Below, piece by piece: positions 10,301 to 22,026 of a stretch of 64,000 bases of DNA (the first letter of the stretch is position 1; every line of letters starts with the position of its first letter). The position numbers and the translations under genes are program-made. The stretch is from an uncultured Gammaproteobacteria bacterium (lineage in GTDB: Bacteria; Pseudomonadota; Gammaproteobacteria; Steroidobacterales; UBA11654). A model generated the notes under the pieces. The model saw nothing but the letters and a program-made list of their open reading frames with translations. It was not told the origin of the DNA and ran no database searches. The stretch covers positions 19,111 through 83,110 of the forward strand of contig CACJRN010000001.1 in assembly GCA_902595845.1 (NCBI GenBank). The letters are read 5' to 3'.

Positions 10301-11419
10301 AAGACTATAAAAATCGACAAAGCTTTTCTTGAATCAATGGAGCAACATAAGTGGTTTGAAATTAAGCTTCAGAATCAAAAATTAAATAGCGAGCTTGAGG
10401 CTTACTATAAGGCTCACAAAGAGCTAGAAAAAGAATTTAAGCAAAAATTAGATGCAGCAAGAAAGAAAATTGAAGCATATGATGAACTCCCTCCTGGTGT
10501 TCTGAAGATGGTTAAGGTATTCCTTGCAGTCAAGAGACGTGTTCAGCCTGGTGATAAGGTGGCTGGAAGGCATGGAAACAAAGGTGTAATTTCTAGGATT
10601 GTTCCAGTTGAAGATATGCCGTATATGGAAGACGGAACGCCAGTTGATATAGTCTTAAATCCATTGGGTGTTCCATCAAGAATGAATGTTGGTCAAATTC
10701 TTGAGACCCATTTGGGTTGGGCAGCAAAAGGGCTTGGTAACAAAGTTAAGACCATGCTCAAAGAAAAAGAAAGTGCTGCACGTGTGAAGGCACTTAGAAC
10801 TTTCTTGGACCAGGTATACAACACCAATAAATTATCTGAAAAAGTGCCGCTCAATAAATTAAATGATGACGAAATCATAGAGCTTTCTGAAAACCTTAAA
10901 GATGGCGTGCCTATGGGAACTCCCGTTTTTGATGGAGCTGGAGAAAATGAAATAAAAGATTTACTTAGGTTGGCCGATCTTCCAGAATCCGGTCAAGCAA
11001 GACTTATTGATGGAAGAACTGGCGAATTTTTTGATCGTCCAGTAACAGTTGGTTACATGTATATACTTAAATTGAACCATTTGGTCGATGACAAAATGCA
11101 TGCAAGATCAACTGGTCCTTACAGTCTAGTCACTCAGCAGCCATTAGGTGGTAAAGCGCAATTTGGTGGACAAAGATTTGGAGAAATGGAAGTTTGGGCT
11201 TTAGAGGCTTATGGGGCTTCTCATACTCTTAGAGAATTGCTTACTGTTAAATCTGACGATGTTCAGGGCAGGACTCGAATGTATAAACAAATCGTCGATG
11301 GAACCAACGAAGTTGATACGGGCATTCCCGAATCATTCAATGTTCTCATGAAAGAAATTAGATCTCTGGGTTTGAATATGGATTTAGTCGAAGATCCTAA
11401 GAAAACTATTGAAAAATAA
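7307..11419 (+). CDS. rpoB: DNA-directed RNA polymerase subunit beta
   Basis: The in-frame ATG at 7307 gives [16 protein letters not shown], matching the canonical RpoB N-terminus. The listed start at 7277 lies inside the attenuator hairpin. 1370 aa. Confidence 0.98.
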   Translation: MSFSFTEKKRIRKDFGKQRAALDVPDLLTLQVNSYEAFLQRDIDPEKRENAGLQATFNNLFPIESFSKNARLEFVSYRLEEPEFSERECQLRGLSYAAPLRVKTKLITYDKNTDKETVKEVKDIKQTGDTTDVYFGEIPLMTEHGTFIINGTDRVIVSQLHRSPGVFFDHDKGVQTSGKLLFSARVIPYRGSWLDFEFDAKDNIFARIDRRRKIPATILLHALDFSDQDIIDIFFDKDSYRLSKKAVEVEINTDHLKGTIAEFDIKFGKKLIVNKGKRINALHIKQIKESRKKYLEINESDLIGKVIAEEIINKKTGELIANANDEVTSELIEVLKENGVKDIKTIYINDVDQGPYISNSLSIDPSSDKESALIEIYRMMRPGEPPTKEAADNLFTNLFFNEDRYDLSEVGRMKFNRRVGIDKDVGSSVLSKEDIINVLKTLINIRNGSDTVDDIDHLGNRRIRTVGEMAENAFRVGLIRVERAVRERLSLVEQEELMPRDLINSKPVSAAIKEFFGSSQLSQFMDQNNPLSEIAHKRRISALGPGGLTRERAGFEVRDVHPTHYGRVCPIETPEGPNIGLINSMAIYARVNPYGFLETPYREVSNGKATNKIKYLSAIDEGNYVIAQANTTLDAKNKLVDELISARYQNEFTLMPPESIEFMDVSPKQIVSIAASLIPFLEHDDANRALMGSNMQRQAVPTLLADKPLVGTGMERKVATDSGVTIVARRGGIVDSVDASRVVIAVNDDEAITGESGVDIYNLTKYTRSNQNTCINQRPLVKVGDTIQSGDVIADGASTSLGELAIGQNLLVAFMPWNGFNFEDSILISERVVQEDRFTTIHIEELQCIARDTKLGSEEVTADIPNVGDTALRKLDESGIAYIGAEVVAGDILVGKITPKGESQLTPEEKLLRAIFGEKASDVKDTSLRVPSGMDGTVIDVRVFSREGVDKDDRSNEIEAADIESVRKDLKDQLRIVESDIFNRLEKLLLNKSAKSGRKTIKIDKAFLESMEQHKWFEIKLQNQKLNSELEAYYKAHKELEKEFKQKLDAARKKIEAYDELPPGVLKMVKVFLAVKRRVQPGDKVAGRHGNKGVISRIVPVEDMPYMEDGTPVDIVLNPLGVPSRMNVGQILETHLGWAAKGLGNKVKTMLKEKESAARVKALRTFLDQVYNTNKLSEKVPLNKLNDDEIIELSENLKDGVPMGTPVFDGAGENEIKDLLRLADLPESGQARLIDGRTGEFFDRPVTVGYMYILKLNHLVDDKMHARSTGPYSLVTQQPLGGKAQFGGQRFGEMEVWALEAYGASHTLRELLTVKSDDVQGRTRMYKQIVDGTNEVDTGIPESFNVLMKEIRSLGLNMDLVEDPKKTIEK

Positions 11420-11433
11420 GCTGGAAGCTGAAT

Positions 11434-14400
11434 ATGAAAAATTTACTTAATATCTTTAATCAGAAACCTTTTGCAGAAGAATTTGATCATATAAGAATTG
11501 GTCTTTCGTCTCCTGAGATGATTCGATCATGGTCTTATGGCGAGGTTAAAAAGCCTGAGACCATTAACTATAGGACTTTTAGACCAGAAAGAGACGGACT
11601 GTTCTGTGCAAAAATATTTGGACCTGTTAAAGATTATGAATGCCTTTGTGGAAAATATAAACGCTTAAAACATAGAGGCGTTGTTTGTGAGAAATGTGGT
11701 GTAGAAGTCACTCAGAGTAAGGTTAGAAGAGAAAGAATGGGGCATTTAGAGCTCGCAAGTCCTGTTGCGCATATTTGGTTCTTAAAATCGCTTCCTTCGA
11801 GGATTGGCCTTTTGCTTGATATGACCTTGAGGGAAATAGAAAGAGTTCTTTACTTTGAAGCTTATCTTGTTACAGATCCTGGGATGACTGATCTTACTAA
11901 AGGTCAGATGCTTTCTGAAGAGCAATATATTGAAGCATTAGAGATGTATGGCGATGATTTTTCTGCTGCGATGGGAGCTGAGTCAATCCATGACATTCTT
12001 AAAGATTTAGATCTTCAAGACAGCCTAAATCAAATACAGGAAGACATGGAAGCAACAGCTTCACAAATTAAAATCAAACGTTATCAAAAAAGGTTAAAGC
12101 TAATAGAGTCGTTGATTTCTTCTGGAAATAGGCCTGAATGGATGATTCTAAAAGTTCTTCCTATTTTACCACCAGACTTAAGGCCTCTGGTTCCACTTGA
12201 TGGCGGTAGATTTGCTACATCAGATCTCAATGATCTCTATAGAAGGGTTATTAATAGAAATAATAGACTCCAAAGATTACTGGATCTAAATGCTCCAGAT
12301 ATCATTGTTAGAAATGAAAAAAGGATGTTGCAAAAATCTGTTGATTCACTTCTTGATAATGGAAGAATGGGCAGAGCAGTGACTGGGTCAAATAAGCGAC
12401 CACTAAAGTCACTTGCAGACATGATCAAAGGAAAGCAGGGTAGATTCAGACAGAATTTGTTAGGAAAAAGAGTCGATTACTCTGGTAGATCGGTGATTGT
12501 AGTTGGACCAACTTTGAAGCTTCATCAATGTGGTATACCAAAAAAAATGGCATTGGAGCTATTCAAACCATTTGTCTTTAGTAAATTGATTTATCAAGGT
12601 GAGGCATCCACAATTAAATCTGCAAAAAGACTAGTAGAGCTTGAGGGGGCCGAGATTTGGGATATTTTAGACGGTGTTATAAGACAACACCCCGTGCTTC
12701 TGAATCGCGCTCCAACCCTTCATAGGCTAGGAATACAAGCTTTCGAGCCTGTTTTGGTTGAAGGTAAAGCGATTCAATTACATCCTCTTGTTTGCAAGGC
12801 GTTCAATGCTGACTTTGATGGTGACCAGATGGCTGTTCATGTTCCACTATCAATTGAGGCACAACTTGAAAGTAGGGCATTGATGATGTCATCCAATAAT
12901 ATTCTTTCGCCTGCGAATGGCGAGCCTATTATTGTTCCATCTCAGGATGTAGTTTTAGGTCTCTATTACATGACAAGAGAAAAGGTTAAAGATACTGGTG
13001 AGGGTGGTATTTTTGCAAACATAGAAGAGGTTGAGAGAGCATTTCATAATAATTTCCTTGGTTTGCATGCAAAGATTAAACTAAAAATTTCAACCCAAAA
13101 TGAAGAAAAGCCCACAGAAATTGTAGAAACTACTACTGGCAGGGCTCTATTCTCTAAGATCGTACCAGATGAAATTCCATTTGCTGTAATAAATAAAACA
13201 ATGGATAGCAAGGAGATCTCCAGACTGATCAATCGTTGTTATCGAGAGGTTGGCCTTAAAGCCACAGTTATATTTGCAGACAAACTAATGTATCTCGGCT
13301 TTGAGTATGCAACTAAATCAGGAGTTTCAATTGCTCTAGATGATATGGTTGTTCCAGAAAATAAGGAAGAAATATTATCTGATGCTGAGTCACAAGTGAA
13401 AAGTATCCAGAACCAATTCACATCAGGCCTTCTTACACAAGGTGAGAGATATAATAAGGTCGTTGATATTTGGTCGAGAACAAATGATCAAGTCGCTAAT
13501 GCGATGATGGATAAGCTTGGAAAAGAGCAAGTTACTGATAGTAAAGGCAAAAAGCAGGATCAAGAATCATTTAACTCAATATTCATGATGGCTGATTCGG
13601 GTGCTAGAGGTTCTGCAGCTCAAATAAGACAATTGGCTGGCATGAGAGGCCTGATGGCAAAACCTGATGGCTCAATTATTGAAACACCAATTACAGCTAA
13701 TTTCAGAGAAGGGCTTAATATCCTTCAATACTTCATTTCAACTCATGGTGCTCGAAAGGGTCTTGCTGATACAGCATTGAAAACAGCAAACTCAGGTTAT
13801 CTAACAAGACGTCTGGTTGATGTTGCACAAGATTTGGTTGTTACAGAAGAAGATTGTGGCACTAAAAACGGCATGACAATTTCAGCAGTAATTGAAGGTG
13901 GAGAGGTTGTTCAAAACCTCAGTGATAGGGTACTTGGTAGAGTTTTGATTGAGCCTGTAAAAGATCTTGAGAATAAGAAAAATGTCCTTAAAGCAGGTAC
14001 ATTAATTGATGAATCAAATGTTCATCTTCTTGAGGAGAATGGAACAGACTCTGTTGTAGTTCGTTCAGCAGTAACATGCGAAACAAAATATGGAATCTGT
14101 ATCAATTGCTATGGCAGAGATCTAGCTAGAGGTACGCTTGTCAATATTGGTGAGGCAGTTGGAATTATTGCTGCTCAGTCAATTGGTGAGCCTGGAACAC
14201 AACTCACAATGAGAACATTCCACATTGGTGGTGCTGCATCAAGTGCTGCTGCTCAAAACTCAGTTGAAGTTAATAATGATGGTGTTGCTAGTCTATTTAA
14301 CTTGAAGACGATTAAGAACGCCGATAAGAATTTAGTCGCAACAAGCCGATCTGGTGAAATCATCATTTCTGATAAATTTGGCAAAGAGAAAGAGAGATAT

Positions 14401-15609
14401 AAGATTCCTTATGGAGCAACAATCAATATTAAAGATGGACAAAAAGTGACTGCAGGTGATGTCATCTCAACTTGGGATCCTCACACTCACCCAATCATTA
14501 CGGAGGCATCAGGAACGATAAAATTTGAGGACTTTATTGATGGAGTAACTGTTACTGAGCAAGTTGATGAGATGACTGGCTTGAGTAATATCATTATTAT
14601 GGACTCAAAGAAAACTGGCTCAACAACAACAGTAAAGCCCAAGGCTTCTTTATTCAATGGTAGAGGGCAGCCTATAATGTTCTCTGGAACTGATACCCCA
14701 ATTGTTTATACATTCCCTCCTGGTGCGATAGTAAATATCCAAGATGGATCAAAGATAAATGCCGGAGATGTTATAGCAAGAATTCCTCTTGAATCCTCTA
14801 AAACTAGTGACATCACAGGTGGATTACCTCGTGTTGCAGACCTTTTTGAAGCAAGAAAGCCTAAAGATGCTGCTATTTTGGCTAAACATTCTGGTATTAC
14901 AAGTTTCGGTAAAGAAACAAAAGGTAAAGTTAGACTAGTCATTACAGATGAGGATGGCGAATCTCATGAAGAACTCATTCCTAAAACTAGAACATTGAAT
15001 ATCTTTGAAGGAGAAACCATTCAAAAAGGAGAAATAATCTCTGATGGCGAGTTGAGCCTTCATGATATTTTAGAAGTTCAGGGTATTGAAAGGTTGGCCG
15101 AGTATCTCGTCAAAGAAGTACAGGATGTATATCGACTTCAAGGGGTGCCAATCAATGATAAACACATTGAAATCATTGTTAAACAGATGATGAGGACCGT
15201 TGAGATCATTGAATCAGGCGATACAAAGCTTCTACCTAAAGAACAAGCAAATAGGATTGATGTTATAGAAACCAATGAAAGAATGATTAAAGAAGATCTT
15301 CAGCCTGCAACATTCAGGCCTTTGATCATGGGTATTACAAAAGCATCATTGGCTACCACATCATTTATTTCTGCTGCTTCTTTCCAGGAAACAACCAGAG
15401 TATTGACTGAGGCTGCAGTTAAAGGATCTGTAGATAAACTAAGAGGGCTTAAAGAGAATGTTGTCGTTGGGAGATTGGTACCTGCAGGCACAGGATTTAA
15501 GACTGAATTAGATGCTGCTTCTATAGCTGAAGAAGAATTCTCTCAAGCTCTAAAGGAATTAGAGAGTACTAGTGAGGAAGCCAATCTTGAAGTTGCAGAA
15601 TCATCTTAG
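11434..15609 (+). CDS. rpoC: DNA-directed RNA polymerase subunit beta'
   Basis: 1391 aa with the Zn-finger CLCGKYK...CEKCG and the catalytic NADFDGDQM motif. Confidence 0.98.
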   Translation: MKNLLNIFNQKPFAEEFDHIRIGLSSPEMIRSWSYGEVKKPETINYRTFRPERDGLFCAKIFGPVKDYECLCGKYKRLKHRGVVCEKCGVEVTQSKVRRERMGHLELASPVAHIWFLKSLPSRIGLLLDMTLREIERVLYFEAYLVTDPGMTDLTKGQMLSEEQYIEALEMYGDDFSAAMGAESIHDILKDLDLQDSLNQIQEDMEATASQIKIKRYQKRLKLIESLISSGNRPEWMILKVLPILPPDLRPLVPLDGGRFATSDLNDLYRRVINRNNRLQRLLDLNAPDIIVRNEKRMLQKSVDSLLDNGRMGRAVTGSNKRPLKSLADMIKGKQGRFRQNLLGKRVDYSGRSVIVVGPTLKLHQCGIPKKMALELFKPFVFSKLIYQGEASTIKSAKRLVELEGAEIWDILDGVIRQHPVLLNRAPTLHRLGIQAFEPVLVEGKAIQLHPLVCKAFNADFDGDQMAVHVPLSIEAQLESRALMMSSNNILSPANGEPIIVPSQDVVLGLYYMTREKVKDTGEGGIFANIEEVERAFHNNFLGLHAKIKLKISTQNEEKPTEIVETTTGRALFSKIVPDEIPFAVINKTMDSKEISRLINRCYREVGLKATVIFADKLMYLGFEYATKSGVSIALDDMVVPENKEEILSDAESQVKSIQNQFTSGLLTQGERYNKVVDIWSRTNDQVANAMMDKLGKEQVTDSKGKKQDQESFNSIFMMADSGARGSAAQIRQLAGMRGLMAKPDGSIIETPITANFREGLNILQYFISTHGARKGLADTALKTANSGYLTRRLVDVAQDLVVTEEDCGTKNGMTISAVIEGGEVVQNLSDRVLGRVLIEPVKDLENKKNVLKAGTLIDESNVHLLEENGTDSVVVRSAVTCETKYGICINCYGRDLARGTLVNIGEAVGIIAAQSIGEPGTQLTMRTFHIGGAASSAAAQNSVEVNNDGVASLFNLKTIKNADKNLVATSRSGEIIISDKFGKEKERYKIPYGATINIKDGQKVTAGDVISTWDPHTHPIITEASGTIKFEDFIDGVTVTEQVDEMTGLSNIIIMDSKKTGSTTTVKPKASLFNGRGQPIMFSGTDTPIVYTFPPGAIVNIQDGSKINAGDVIARIPLESSKTSDITGGLPRVADLFEARKPKDAAILAKHSGITSFGKETKGKVRLVITDEDGESHEELIPKTRTLNIFEGETIQKGEIISDGELSLHDILEVQGIERLAEYLVKEVQDVYRLQGVPINDKHIEIIVKQMMRTVEIIESGDTKLLPKEQANRIDVIETNERMIKEDLQPATFRPLIMGITKASLATTSFISAASFQETTRVLTEAAVKGSVDKLRGLKENVVVGRLVPAGTGFKTELDAASIAEEEFSQALKELESTSEEANLEVAESS

Positions 15610-15616
15610 ATTTAAC

Positions 15617-15645
15617 TTGAACCTAGATGAATAGAAGAATAGAAT
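15617..15645 (+). promoter_or_regulatory. Candidate sigma70 promoter for rpsL-rpsG-fusA-rpsJ
   Basis: TTGAAC (15617-15622), a 17-nt spacer, then TAGAAT (15640-15645), within the 65-nt rpoC-rpsL spacer. Confidence 0.5.
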
Positions 15646-15674
15646 CCACCCACAATTTCTATAAATGAAGCATT

Positions 15675-16049
15675 ATGACAACAATTAATCAATTAGTAAG
15701 AAAGTCTAGAAAGAGAAAGGTAGTAAAGAACAATGTACCTGCTCTTGAAGGCAAACCCCAAAAGAGGGGGGTTTGCACCCGTGTTTATACTACTACACCA
15801 AAGAAACCAAACTCTGCTCTAAGAAAAGTAGCTAGAGTTAGACTTACTAATGGTTATGAGGTCACTAGCTATATTGGTGGTGAAGGCCATAATCTTCAGG
15901 AACACTCTGTTGTTTTGATTAGAGGTGGACGTGTTAAGGATCTCCCAGGAGTTCGATATCATACCATAAGAGGTGCACTTGATTGTTCAGGTGTTAATGA
16001 TCGAAAACAAGGTCGGTCAAAATATGGTGCAAAAAGACCTAAGGGGTAA
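15675..16049 (+). CDS. rpsL: 30S ribosomal protein S12
   Basis: 124 aa, near-identical to the E. coli S12 core ([24 protein letters not shown]). Confidence 0.98.
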   Translation: MTTINQLVRKSRKRKVVKNNVPALEGKPQKRGVCTRVYTTTPKKPNSALRKVARVRLTNGYEVTSYIGGEGHNLQEHSVVLIRGGRVKDLPGVRYHTIRGALDCSGVNDRKQGRSKYGAKRPKG

Positions 16050-16052
16050 AAA

Positions 16053-16532
16053 ATGTCTAGAAGAAATGCAGCCATAAAAAGAGAGATATTGCCTGATCCT
16101 AAATTTTCGAGCAAGGTACTCGCTAAGTTCATCAATATGATTATGAAAGATGGCAAAAAGAGCACCGCTGAAAATATTGTTTATCAGGCTTTAGATACTG
16201 TTATTTCAACTCTAGGACAATCCTCAGATACTACCCCTCAAGTTTTCGAAGATATTCTTGATAAGGTCAAGCCTGTTGTCGAAGTAAGGTCAAGACGAGT
16301 CGGTGGTGCAACCTATCAAATTCCTGTAGAAGTCAGACAGGAAAGAAGAGAAGCTCTCGCAATGAGATGGTTGATAGAGTCTGCAAGATCAAGATCTGAG
16401 AAAAGCATGAAAGTTAAGCTAGCTAATGAATTACTTGATGCCTCAAACGACCGTGGTAACGCGATCAAGAAAAAAGAAGATACCCATAAAATGGCAGAGG
16501 CCAATAAAGCCTTTTCACATTTTAGATGGTGA
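16053..16532 (+). CDS. rpsG: 30S ribosomal protein S7
   Basis: 159 aa beginning [18 protein letters not shown]. Only 3 nt after rpsL. Confidence 0.97.
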   Translation: MSRRNAAIKREILPDPKFSSKVLAKFINMIMKDGKKSTAENIVYQALDTVISTLGQSSDTTPQVFEDILDKVKPVVEVRSRRVGGATYQIPVEVRQERREALAMRWLIESARSRSEKSMKVKLANELLDASNDRGNAIKKKEDTHKMAEANKAFSHFRW

Positions 16533-16555
16533 GCGTTTAATAGAGAGATTCGGAA

Positions 16556-18652
16556 ATGGCAAGACAAACACCAATAGATAGATATAGAAACATAGGCATC
16601 ATGGCACATATTGATGCTGGTAAAACAACAACAACGGAACGCGTTCTTTTTTATACAGGAATATCACACAAGATCGGAGAAGTGCATGATGGAAACGCTG
16701 TCATGGATTGGATGGAGCAAGAGCAGGAAAGAGGTATCACAATCACTTCTGCAGCAACAACTTGTTTCTGGCAAGGGATGGACCAACAATTTGATCAGCA
16801 CAGAATCAATATTATCGATACACCAGGACACGTAGACTTTACGATAGAAGTAGAGCGTTCACTCAGGGTTCTGGATAGTGCTGTTGCTGTTTTTTGTGCT
16901 GTAGGTGGAGTAGAACCACAGTCTGAAACTGTTTGGAGGCAAGCAAATAAATACTCAGTTCCAAGAATGGCATTTGTTAATAAGATGGATAGAGCCGGTG
17001 CAGATTTTTTCAGAGTCGTTGAGCAAGTTAAAGAAAGGCTTGGTTCAAATCCTATTCCTATCCAAGTACCTATTGGCGCTGAAGAAAATTTTAAAGGGGT
17101 CATTGATCTTATTAGGATGAAAGCGATCAATTGGAATGAGGAGGATCTTGGCTCTACATATGTAGCAGAAGATATACCTGAGGATCTATTATCTCAATGT
17201 GAAGAACTAAGAGAGCAGATGATAGAAGCTGCAGCAGAAGCAAATGAAGAATTATTGAATGAGTACCTTGAGAATGGTGAGCTAAGCGAAGATCAGATTA
17301 GAGAGGGACTTAGGGCTAGAACAATTAATAATGAAATTGTTCCAGTTGTATGTGGTTCAGCTTTCAAAAATAAAGGTGTTCAAGCCATGCTTGACGCTGT
17401 TATCTATCTTTTGCCATCACCGATTGACACTCCTGACATTACTGGAATACTCGATGATGAATCAGAGGCTTCTAGAAAATCGGATGATGGTGAGAATTTT
17501 TCAGCTTTAGCATTCAAGATTGCAAATGACCCTTATGTGGGGAACCTCACATTTTTCAGAGTTTATTCAGGTGTTCTTAATTCAGGTGACAGCGTATTCA
17601 ATCCGCTAAAAGGTAAGAAAGAAAGAATTGGGCGTATTCTTCAAATGCACTCCAATACCAGAGAAGAAATTAAAGAAGTTAGGGCAGGAGATATTGCTGC
17701 AGCAGTTGGACTAAAAGATGTCACAACTGGAGATACGCTATGTGATATTTCAAATGTAATTACACTTGAGAAGATGGAGTTCCCTGAGCCAGTTATCTCT
17801 GTTGCCGTTGAGCCAAAATCTACTGAAGATGAATCAAAAATGGGCATTGGACTACAAAAGCTAGCGAAAGAGGATCCATCATTCAGGGTTAGAACAGATG
17901 AGGAATCTGGGCAAACAATTATCTCAGGAATGGGAGAGCTCCACTTAGATATTATTGTGGATCGTCTATCGAGGGAATTTAAGGTTGATGCAAATGTAGG
18001 AAGACCACAAGTTGCCTATCGTGAAACAATCAAGTCCTCTGTCGAACAAGAAGCTAAGTTTGTTAGGCAATCTGGTGGTAGAGGTCAATATGGACATGTT
18101 TATATCAAAATGGAACCACAAGAGGCTGGTTCTGGATATGAATTTGTAAATGACATCACTGGCGGTGTTATCCCAAGAGAATTTATTCCTGCAGTAGACA
18201 AAGGTATTCAAGAGCAAATGGCAAATGGTGTAATCACAGGATTCCCTGTGGTTGATGTAAAAGTTACTCTATATGATGGGTCATTCCATGATGTCGACTC
18301 CAGTGAGGTTGCTTTCAGAGTTGCTGGATCTATGGCATTTAAGGAGGGGGCTTTGAAAGCAAATCCGGTACTTCTTGAGCCAGTCATGAAAGTTGAAGTA
18401 GTTACACCTGAGGATTATATGGGTGATGTAAATGGCGATTTAAACAGGAGAAGAGGCATTCTTCAGGGCATGGATGAGTCTCCAGCTGGGAAAATTATAA
18501 GAGCAGAGGTGCCTTTAGCTGAGATGTTTGGTTATGCAACTGACTTAAGATCCATGTCACAAGGTCGGGCTACTTATACGATGGAATTTGAGAAATATAA
18601 TGAGGCTCCAAAATCACAAGCAGAAGCACTTTCTGTAAATAATGAAGGATAG
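16556..18652 (+). CDS. fusA: Elongation factor G
   Basis: 698 aa with [17 protein letters not shown] and NKMD motifs. Confidence 0.98.
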   Translation: MARQTPIDRYRNIGIMAHIDAGKTTTTERVLFYTGISHKIGEVHDGNAVMDWMEQEQERGITITSAATTCFWQGMDQQFDQHRINIIDTPGHVDFTIEVERSLRVLDSAVAVFCAVGGVEPQSETVWRQANKYSVPRMAFVNKMDRAGADFFRVVEQVKERLGSNPIPIQVPIGAEENFKGVIDLIRMKAINWNEEDLGSTYVAEDIPEDLLSQCEELREQMIEAAAEANEELLNEYLENGELSEDQIREGLRARTINNEIVPVVCGSAFKNKGVQAMLDAVIYLLPSPIDTPDITGILDDESEASRKSDDGENFSALAFKIANDPYVGNLTFFRVYSGVLNSGDSVFNPLKGKKERIGRILQMHSNTREEIKEVRAGDIAAAVGLKDVTTGDTLCDISNVITLEKMEFPEPVISVAVEPKSTEDESKMGIGLQKLAKEDPSFRVRTDEESGQTIISGMGELHLDIIVDRLSREFKVDANVGRPQVAYRETIKSSVEQEAKFVRQSGGRGQYGHVYIKMEPQEAGSGYEFVNDITGGVIPREFIPAVDKGIQEQMANGVITGFPVVDVKVTLYDGSFHDVDSSEVAFRVAGSMAFKEGALKANPVLLEPVMKVEVVTPEDYMGDVNGDLNRRRGILQGMDESPAGKIIRAEVPLAEMFGYATDLRSMSQGRATYTMEFEKYNEAPKSQAEALSVNNEG

Positions 18653-18656
18653 CAAT

Positions 18657-18971
18657 ATGGTTGATACACAGACAATTAGAATCAGGCTAAAGTCTTTTGA
18701 CCATAAGCTAATAGATGCTTCTACTGAAGAAATCGTGGAAACAGTCAAGAGAACAGGCTCTATTGTATCTGGACCTATACCATTGCCGACTTCGAGAGAA
18801 AGATATACGGTCCTTATTTCACCTCATGTGAATAAGGATGCAAGGGATCAGTATGAGCTTACAACACACAAACGTGTGATGGATATTCTTAACCCAAGTG
18901 ATAAAACAGTTGATGCTCTTATGAAGCTTGAATTGCCAGCTGGGGTAGATGTTCAAATAAAATTGAACTGA
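18657..18971 (+). CDS. rpsJ: 30S ribosomal protein S10
   Basis: The in-frame ATG at 18657 gives [16 protein letters not shown]..., the canonical S10 start. It lies 4 nt after the fusA stop. Confidence 0.95.
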   Translation: MVDTQTIRIRLKSFDHKLIDASTEEIVETVKRTGSIVSGPIPLPTSRERYTVLISPHVNKDARDQYELTTHKRVMDILNPSDKTVDALMKLELPAGVDVQIKLN

Positions 18972-18990
18972 AAGTGAAAATTGATATAAT
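18963..18990 (+). promoter_or_regulatory. Candidate strong extended -10 promoter overlapping the rpsJ stop
   Basis: TTGAAC (18963-18968), a 16-nt spacer containing TG at 18982-18983, then a perfect TATAAT (18985-18990). Together this is TGaTATAAT. Confidence 0.45.
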
Positions 18991-18995
18991 TCCCG

Positions 18996-19073
18996 AACGC
19001 TAGACGGGCCAGAGATTATTTTGCTCTGAAAAGCCTGAAAATAAGGGGGTTGAGAGACTTAGCTAGCGTTTTT
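18996..19073 (+). other. Structured RNA element (candidate leader/attenuator) in the rpsJ-rplC spacer
   Basis: aacgctag (18996-19003) pairs with ctagcgtt (19063-19070), which runs into a T5 tract (19069-19073). It encloses an inner hairpin cagag(19010-19014)/ctctg(19024-19028), extended by ggc/gcc. Confidence 0.4.
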
Positions 19074-19209
19074 GGAGTTGAAGGTTTGCAAGAACTTAAA
19101 ATTGATTAAAAACCCATATAAATCAATTACTTGTAAATATCAGCTCCCGTAAAAGAGTTAATGAAAAATATAATTATAAAAATAATTAATACAAACAAAG
19201 AGAAAGCAA

Positions 19210-19983
19210 GTGATAGGCATTGTAGGAAAAAAATGCGGAATGACGAGAGTCTTTACGGACGATGGTCGATCTGTGCCTGTCACAATCGTTCAAGCTAATC
19301 CCAATCTAATCAATAGAATTAAGACTGAAGAGACTGATGGATACAATGCCATCCAGGTACTCACAGGGCAATCTACAAAGAACCCTAAGAAATCAGATGC
19401 AGGACAGATTCGGTCAAACCCAAATGAGAAACTTTCACATAAACTCCATGAGTTTAGATTAAATACCAATGAGTTAGAGCAGGTAGATACGGGGAAAGAA
19501 ATAACAGTAGACTACTTCGAGAAAGGTGAGCTTGTTGATGTAACTGGAAATTCTATTGGTAAAGGCTATGCAGGCGTTATTAAGAGACATAATTTCAAAA
19601 CTCAAGATGCTACACATGGTAATTCACTTGCTCATAGAGCACCTGGTTCAATTGGTCAAAACCAAACACCTGGTCGTGTTTTCAAAGGCAAAAAGATGGC
19701 TGGTAGGATGGGAAATGTTAAGAAGACCATTCAGAATCTGGAGGTTATTGAGATTGATACAGAGAGAAATTTAATCTTTATCAAAGGCTCAATTGCAGGA
19801 CATGACAATAGTTTTGTAGTTATAACACCATCCATAAAGAGCAAGCAGAAAGAAAGAGAAATATTTAAAACACCAATTGAAGAAACCCCAGAAGTAGAAG
19901 CCCAAGCAGAAGAGGCTCCACAAACAGAAGAAACCCCAGAAGTAGAAGTCGATGAAGGCTCTGAAGAAGAGAAGGCTCAATGA
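19210..19983 (+). CDS. rplC: 50S ribosomal protein L3 with a ~46-aa acidic C-terminal extension
   Basis: A GTG start gives MIGIVGKKCGMTRVF, the canonical L3 N-terminus. An in-frame stop at 19183 rules out an upstream start. 257 aa against about 209 for typical L3. Confidence 0.95.
   Translation: MIGIVGKKCGMTRVFTDDGRSVPVTIVQANPNLINRIKTEETDGYNAIQVLTGQSTKNPKKSDAGQIRSNPNEKLSHKLHEFRLNTNELEQVDTGKEITVDYFEKGELVDVTGNSIGKGYAGVIKRHNFKTQDATHGNSLAHRAPGSIGQNQTPGRVFKGKKMAGRMGNVKKTIQNLEVIEIDTERNLIFIKGSIAGHDNSFVVITPSIKSKQKEREIFKTPIEETPEVEAQAEEAPQTEETPEVEVDEGSEEEKAQ
19879..19948 (+). repeat. Two copies of a 22-nt direct repeat inside the rplC 3' extension
   Basis: gaagaaaccccagaagtagaag occurs at 19879-19900 and 19927-19948. 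Each copy encodes EETPEVE. Confidence 0.9.
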
Positions 19984-20597
19984 AAATAGATTTGATAAAT
20001 CAGGAAAATAGCACTGTCAAAAGTATTGATATCAGCGACTCTGTTTTTAAGTCAGAAATCAATGATGGGCTTATTCATGAATTGGTTACCGCTTATAGGT
20101 CTAATGGACGTTCAGCAACAAAAGCTCAGAAGAATAGATCACGGGTGAGCGGAGGAGGAGCTAAGCCATGGAGACAAAAAGGAACGGGTAGAGCTAGAGC
20201 TGGAACAACTAGAGGGCCACTTTGGGTTGGAGGTGGAATGGCTTTTGCTACTGTTGATAGAAATTACAACAAAAAGATTAATAAGAAAGCATACAAAAGA
20301 GCAATGCAGTCTATTTTCTCAGCATTGATCGAAGAAAAGAGAATTGTTGCGATAGACTCAATTAAGATCGACTCCCCTAAAACTAGATTAGGGGTTGAAG
20401 TTTTAAATTCTTTGGAGCTGGATAATGCATTATTCATAGTATCTGAGCTTGAATCTAACTTGGTTCTGTCACTTAGAAATATTCCTCATATTAAAGTCAT
20501 TAGCGTTGAAAATGTCGATCCAATCAGTTTACTCACTTATGAAAGAATCGTTATTGATCAGGAAGCATTAAATAAGCTTGAGGGGATGTTCTCATGA
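19980..20597 (+). CDS. rplD: 50S ribosomal protein L4
   Basis: 205 aa with the GGGAKPWRQKGTGRAR motif. ATGA overlap with rplC. Confidence 0.97.
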   Translation: MKIDLINQENSTVKSIDISDSVFKSEINDGLIHELVTAYRSNGRSATKAQKNRSRVSGGGAKPWRQKGTGRARAGTTRGPLWVGGGMAFATVDRNYNKKINKKAYKRAMQSIFSALIEEKRIVAIDSIKIDSPKTRLGVEVLNSLELDNALFIVSELESNLVLSLRNIPHIKVISVENVDPISLLTYERIVIDQEALNKLEGMFS

Positions 20598-20905
20598 GCC
20601 AAAAGATAAGACATGATCAACTAAGAAGCGTTCTCATAGCGCCACATGTTTCTGAGAAAACCACAATGCTTAGTCAAGACTCAGGTCAAATTGTTTTCAG
20701 GGTAAGATCAGATTCCAATAAGCAGCAAATCAAGAAAGCTGTTGAGAAATTCTTCGACGTAAAGGTTTCTTCAGTAAGAACTGTTTCGGTGAACGGAAAG
20801 TCCAAAAGATTTGGCATGAAGACAGGTAAAACCAAAAACTGGAAAAAAGCTTATATCAAATTAGCTGAAGGTCAAAACTTAGATATTTTAAATACGGACG
20901 TGTAA
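20594..20905 (+). CDS. rplW: 50S ribosomal protein L23
   Basis: 103 aa, at the conserved S10-operon position. ATGA overlap with rplD. Confidence 0.95.
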   Translation: MSQKIRHDQLRSVLIAPHVSEKTTMLSQDSGQIVFRVRSDSNKQQIKKAVEKFFDVKVSSVRTVSVNGKSKRFGMKTGKTKNWKKAYIKLAEGQNLDILNTDV

Positions 20906-20909
20906 AGAG

Positions 20910-21740
20910 ATGGCAGTTATAAAGACAAAACCAACATCACCAGGTAGAAGATTTGTTCAGACTGTCAAGACAGAAAATCTACATAAAGGAAGACCTCATA
21001 AATCTTTAACTTCTGGCTTGAAAAAGACAGGAGGAAGAAATAACTATGGCCGAATGACAACCAGACATATTGGTGGAGGGCATAAGAGACTTTATAGGGA
21101 AATAGATTTTAAGAGAAATAAGGACAATGTATCTGCTGTTGTAGAAAGAATTGAATATGATCCTAACCGTTCCTCGCATATCGCCCTTGTTTTGTATAAA
21201 GATGGTGAAAGGAGATATATTATTGCTCCAAAAGGACTCAAAGAAGGAGATGCAATTTCATCAGGGAATAGCGCTCCAATAAAAACTGGCAATACCCTTC
21301 CTTTAAACAACATTCCTGTTGGAACAATTGTACATTGCATTGAGATGAAGCCTGGAAAAGGTGCACAAATTGCAAGATCAGCTGGTGCGAGTGTTCAGGT
21401 ATTAGCAAAAGAGGGAAACTACGCCACACTTCGCTTGAAATCAGGAGAAGTTAGGAAAGTCCTAATCACTTGCAGAGCGACAATCGGTGAGGTCGGTCAT
21501 CAAGAGCATAATTTGAGAAAACTTGGAAAGGCAGGTGCAAGCAGATGGAGAGGAGTGAGACCGACTGTTAGAGGCGTCGTCATGAATCCAGTTGATCATC
21601 CACACGGTGGAGGTGAGGGTAAAACATCCGGCGGTAGACATCCTGTTTCTCCATGGGGTGTTCCAACCAAAGGATATAAAACTAGATCTAATAAAGTAAC
21701 AGATAAGTTCATCGTTAGAAGAAGGAAGAAGAGAAAGTAA
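20910..21740 (+). CDS. rplB: 50S ribosomal protein L2
   Basis: 276 aa with the [25 protein letters not shown] motif. Confidence 0.98.
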   Translation: MAVIKTKPTSPGRRFVQTVKTENLHKGRPHKSLTSGLKKTGGRNNYGRMTTRHIGGGHKRLYREIDFKRNKDNVSAVVERIEYDPNRSSHIALVLYKDGERRYIIAPKGLKEGDAISSGNSAPIKTGNTLPLNNIPVGTIVHCIEMKPGKGAQIARSAGASVQVLAKEGNYATLRLKSGEVRKVLITCRATIGEVGHQEHNLRKLGKAGASRWRGVRPTVRGVVMNPVDHPHGGGEGKTSGGRHPVSPWGVPTKGYKTRSNKVTDKFIVRRRKKRK

Positions 21741-21741
21741 T

Positions 21742-22014
21742 ATGCCTAGATCGATAAAAAAAGGACCATTTGTAGATTTGCACTTAATGGATAAAGTCCA
21801 AAAAGCTGTTGCAGAGGGTGGAAGAGCTCGAATCAAAACATGGTCGAGAAGATCCATGGTCATTCCAGAGATGGTAGGTATGACAATATCTGTTCATAAC
21901 GGAAGAGAGCATGTACCAATATTAATTTCTGAAAATATGGTTGGTCATAAATTAGGTGAATTTGCACCAACAAGAACATTTCGAGGTCACTCGGGTGACC
22001 GTAAAACTAAGTAA
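21742..22014 (+). CDS. rpsS: 30S ribosomal protein S19
   Basis: 90 aa beginning [12 protein letters not shown], with the HNGREH motif. Confidence 0.98.
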   Translation: MPRSIKKGPFVDLHLMDKVQKAVAEGGRARIKTWSRRSMVIPEMVGMTISVHNGREHVPILISENMVGHKLGEFAPTRTFRGHSGDRKTK

Positions 22015-22026
22015 GAGTTAAGTAAA

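Noticed and set aside
19161-19298. 45-codon ORF (MKNIIIKIINTNKEK...) starting in the rpsJ-rplC spacer with an AAGAG upstream. It was considered as a possible leader peptide.
   Set aside because: It is out of frame with rplC and overlaps it by about 90 nt. Its AT-rich, Lys/Ile/Asn composition is what random AT-rich DNA would give. It is worth checking only if ribosome profiling becomes available.
21462-21863. 133-aa antisense ORF spanning the rplB/rpsS junction. The same applies to antisense or out-of-frame ORFs inside tuf, rpoB, rpoC, fusA, secY, rpoA (31530-31880), uvrA (34283-34618, 35363-35710), ybeZ (38745-39116), cysS (48600-48941), tldD and others.
   Set aside because: All are embedded in strongly supported conserved genes, lack start context, and show no family resemblance.
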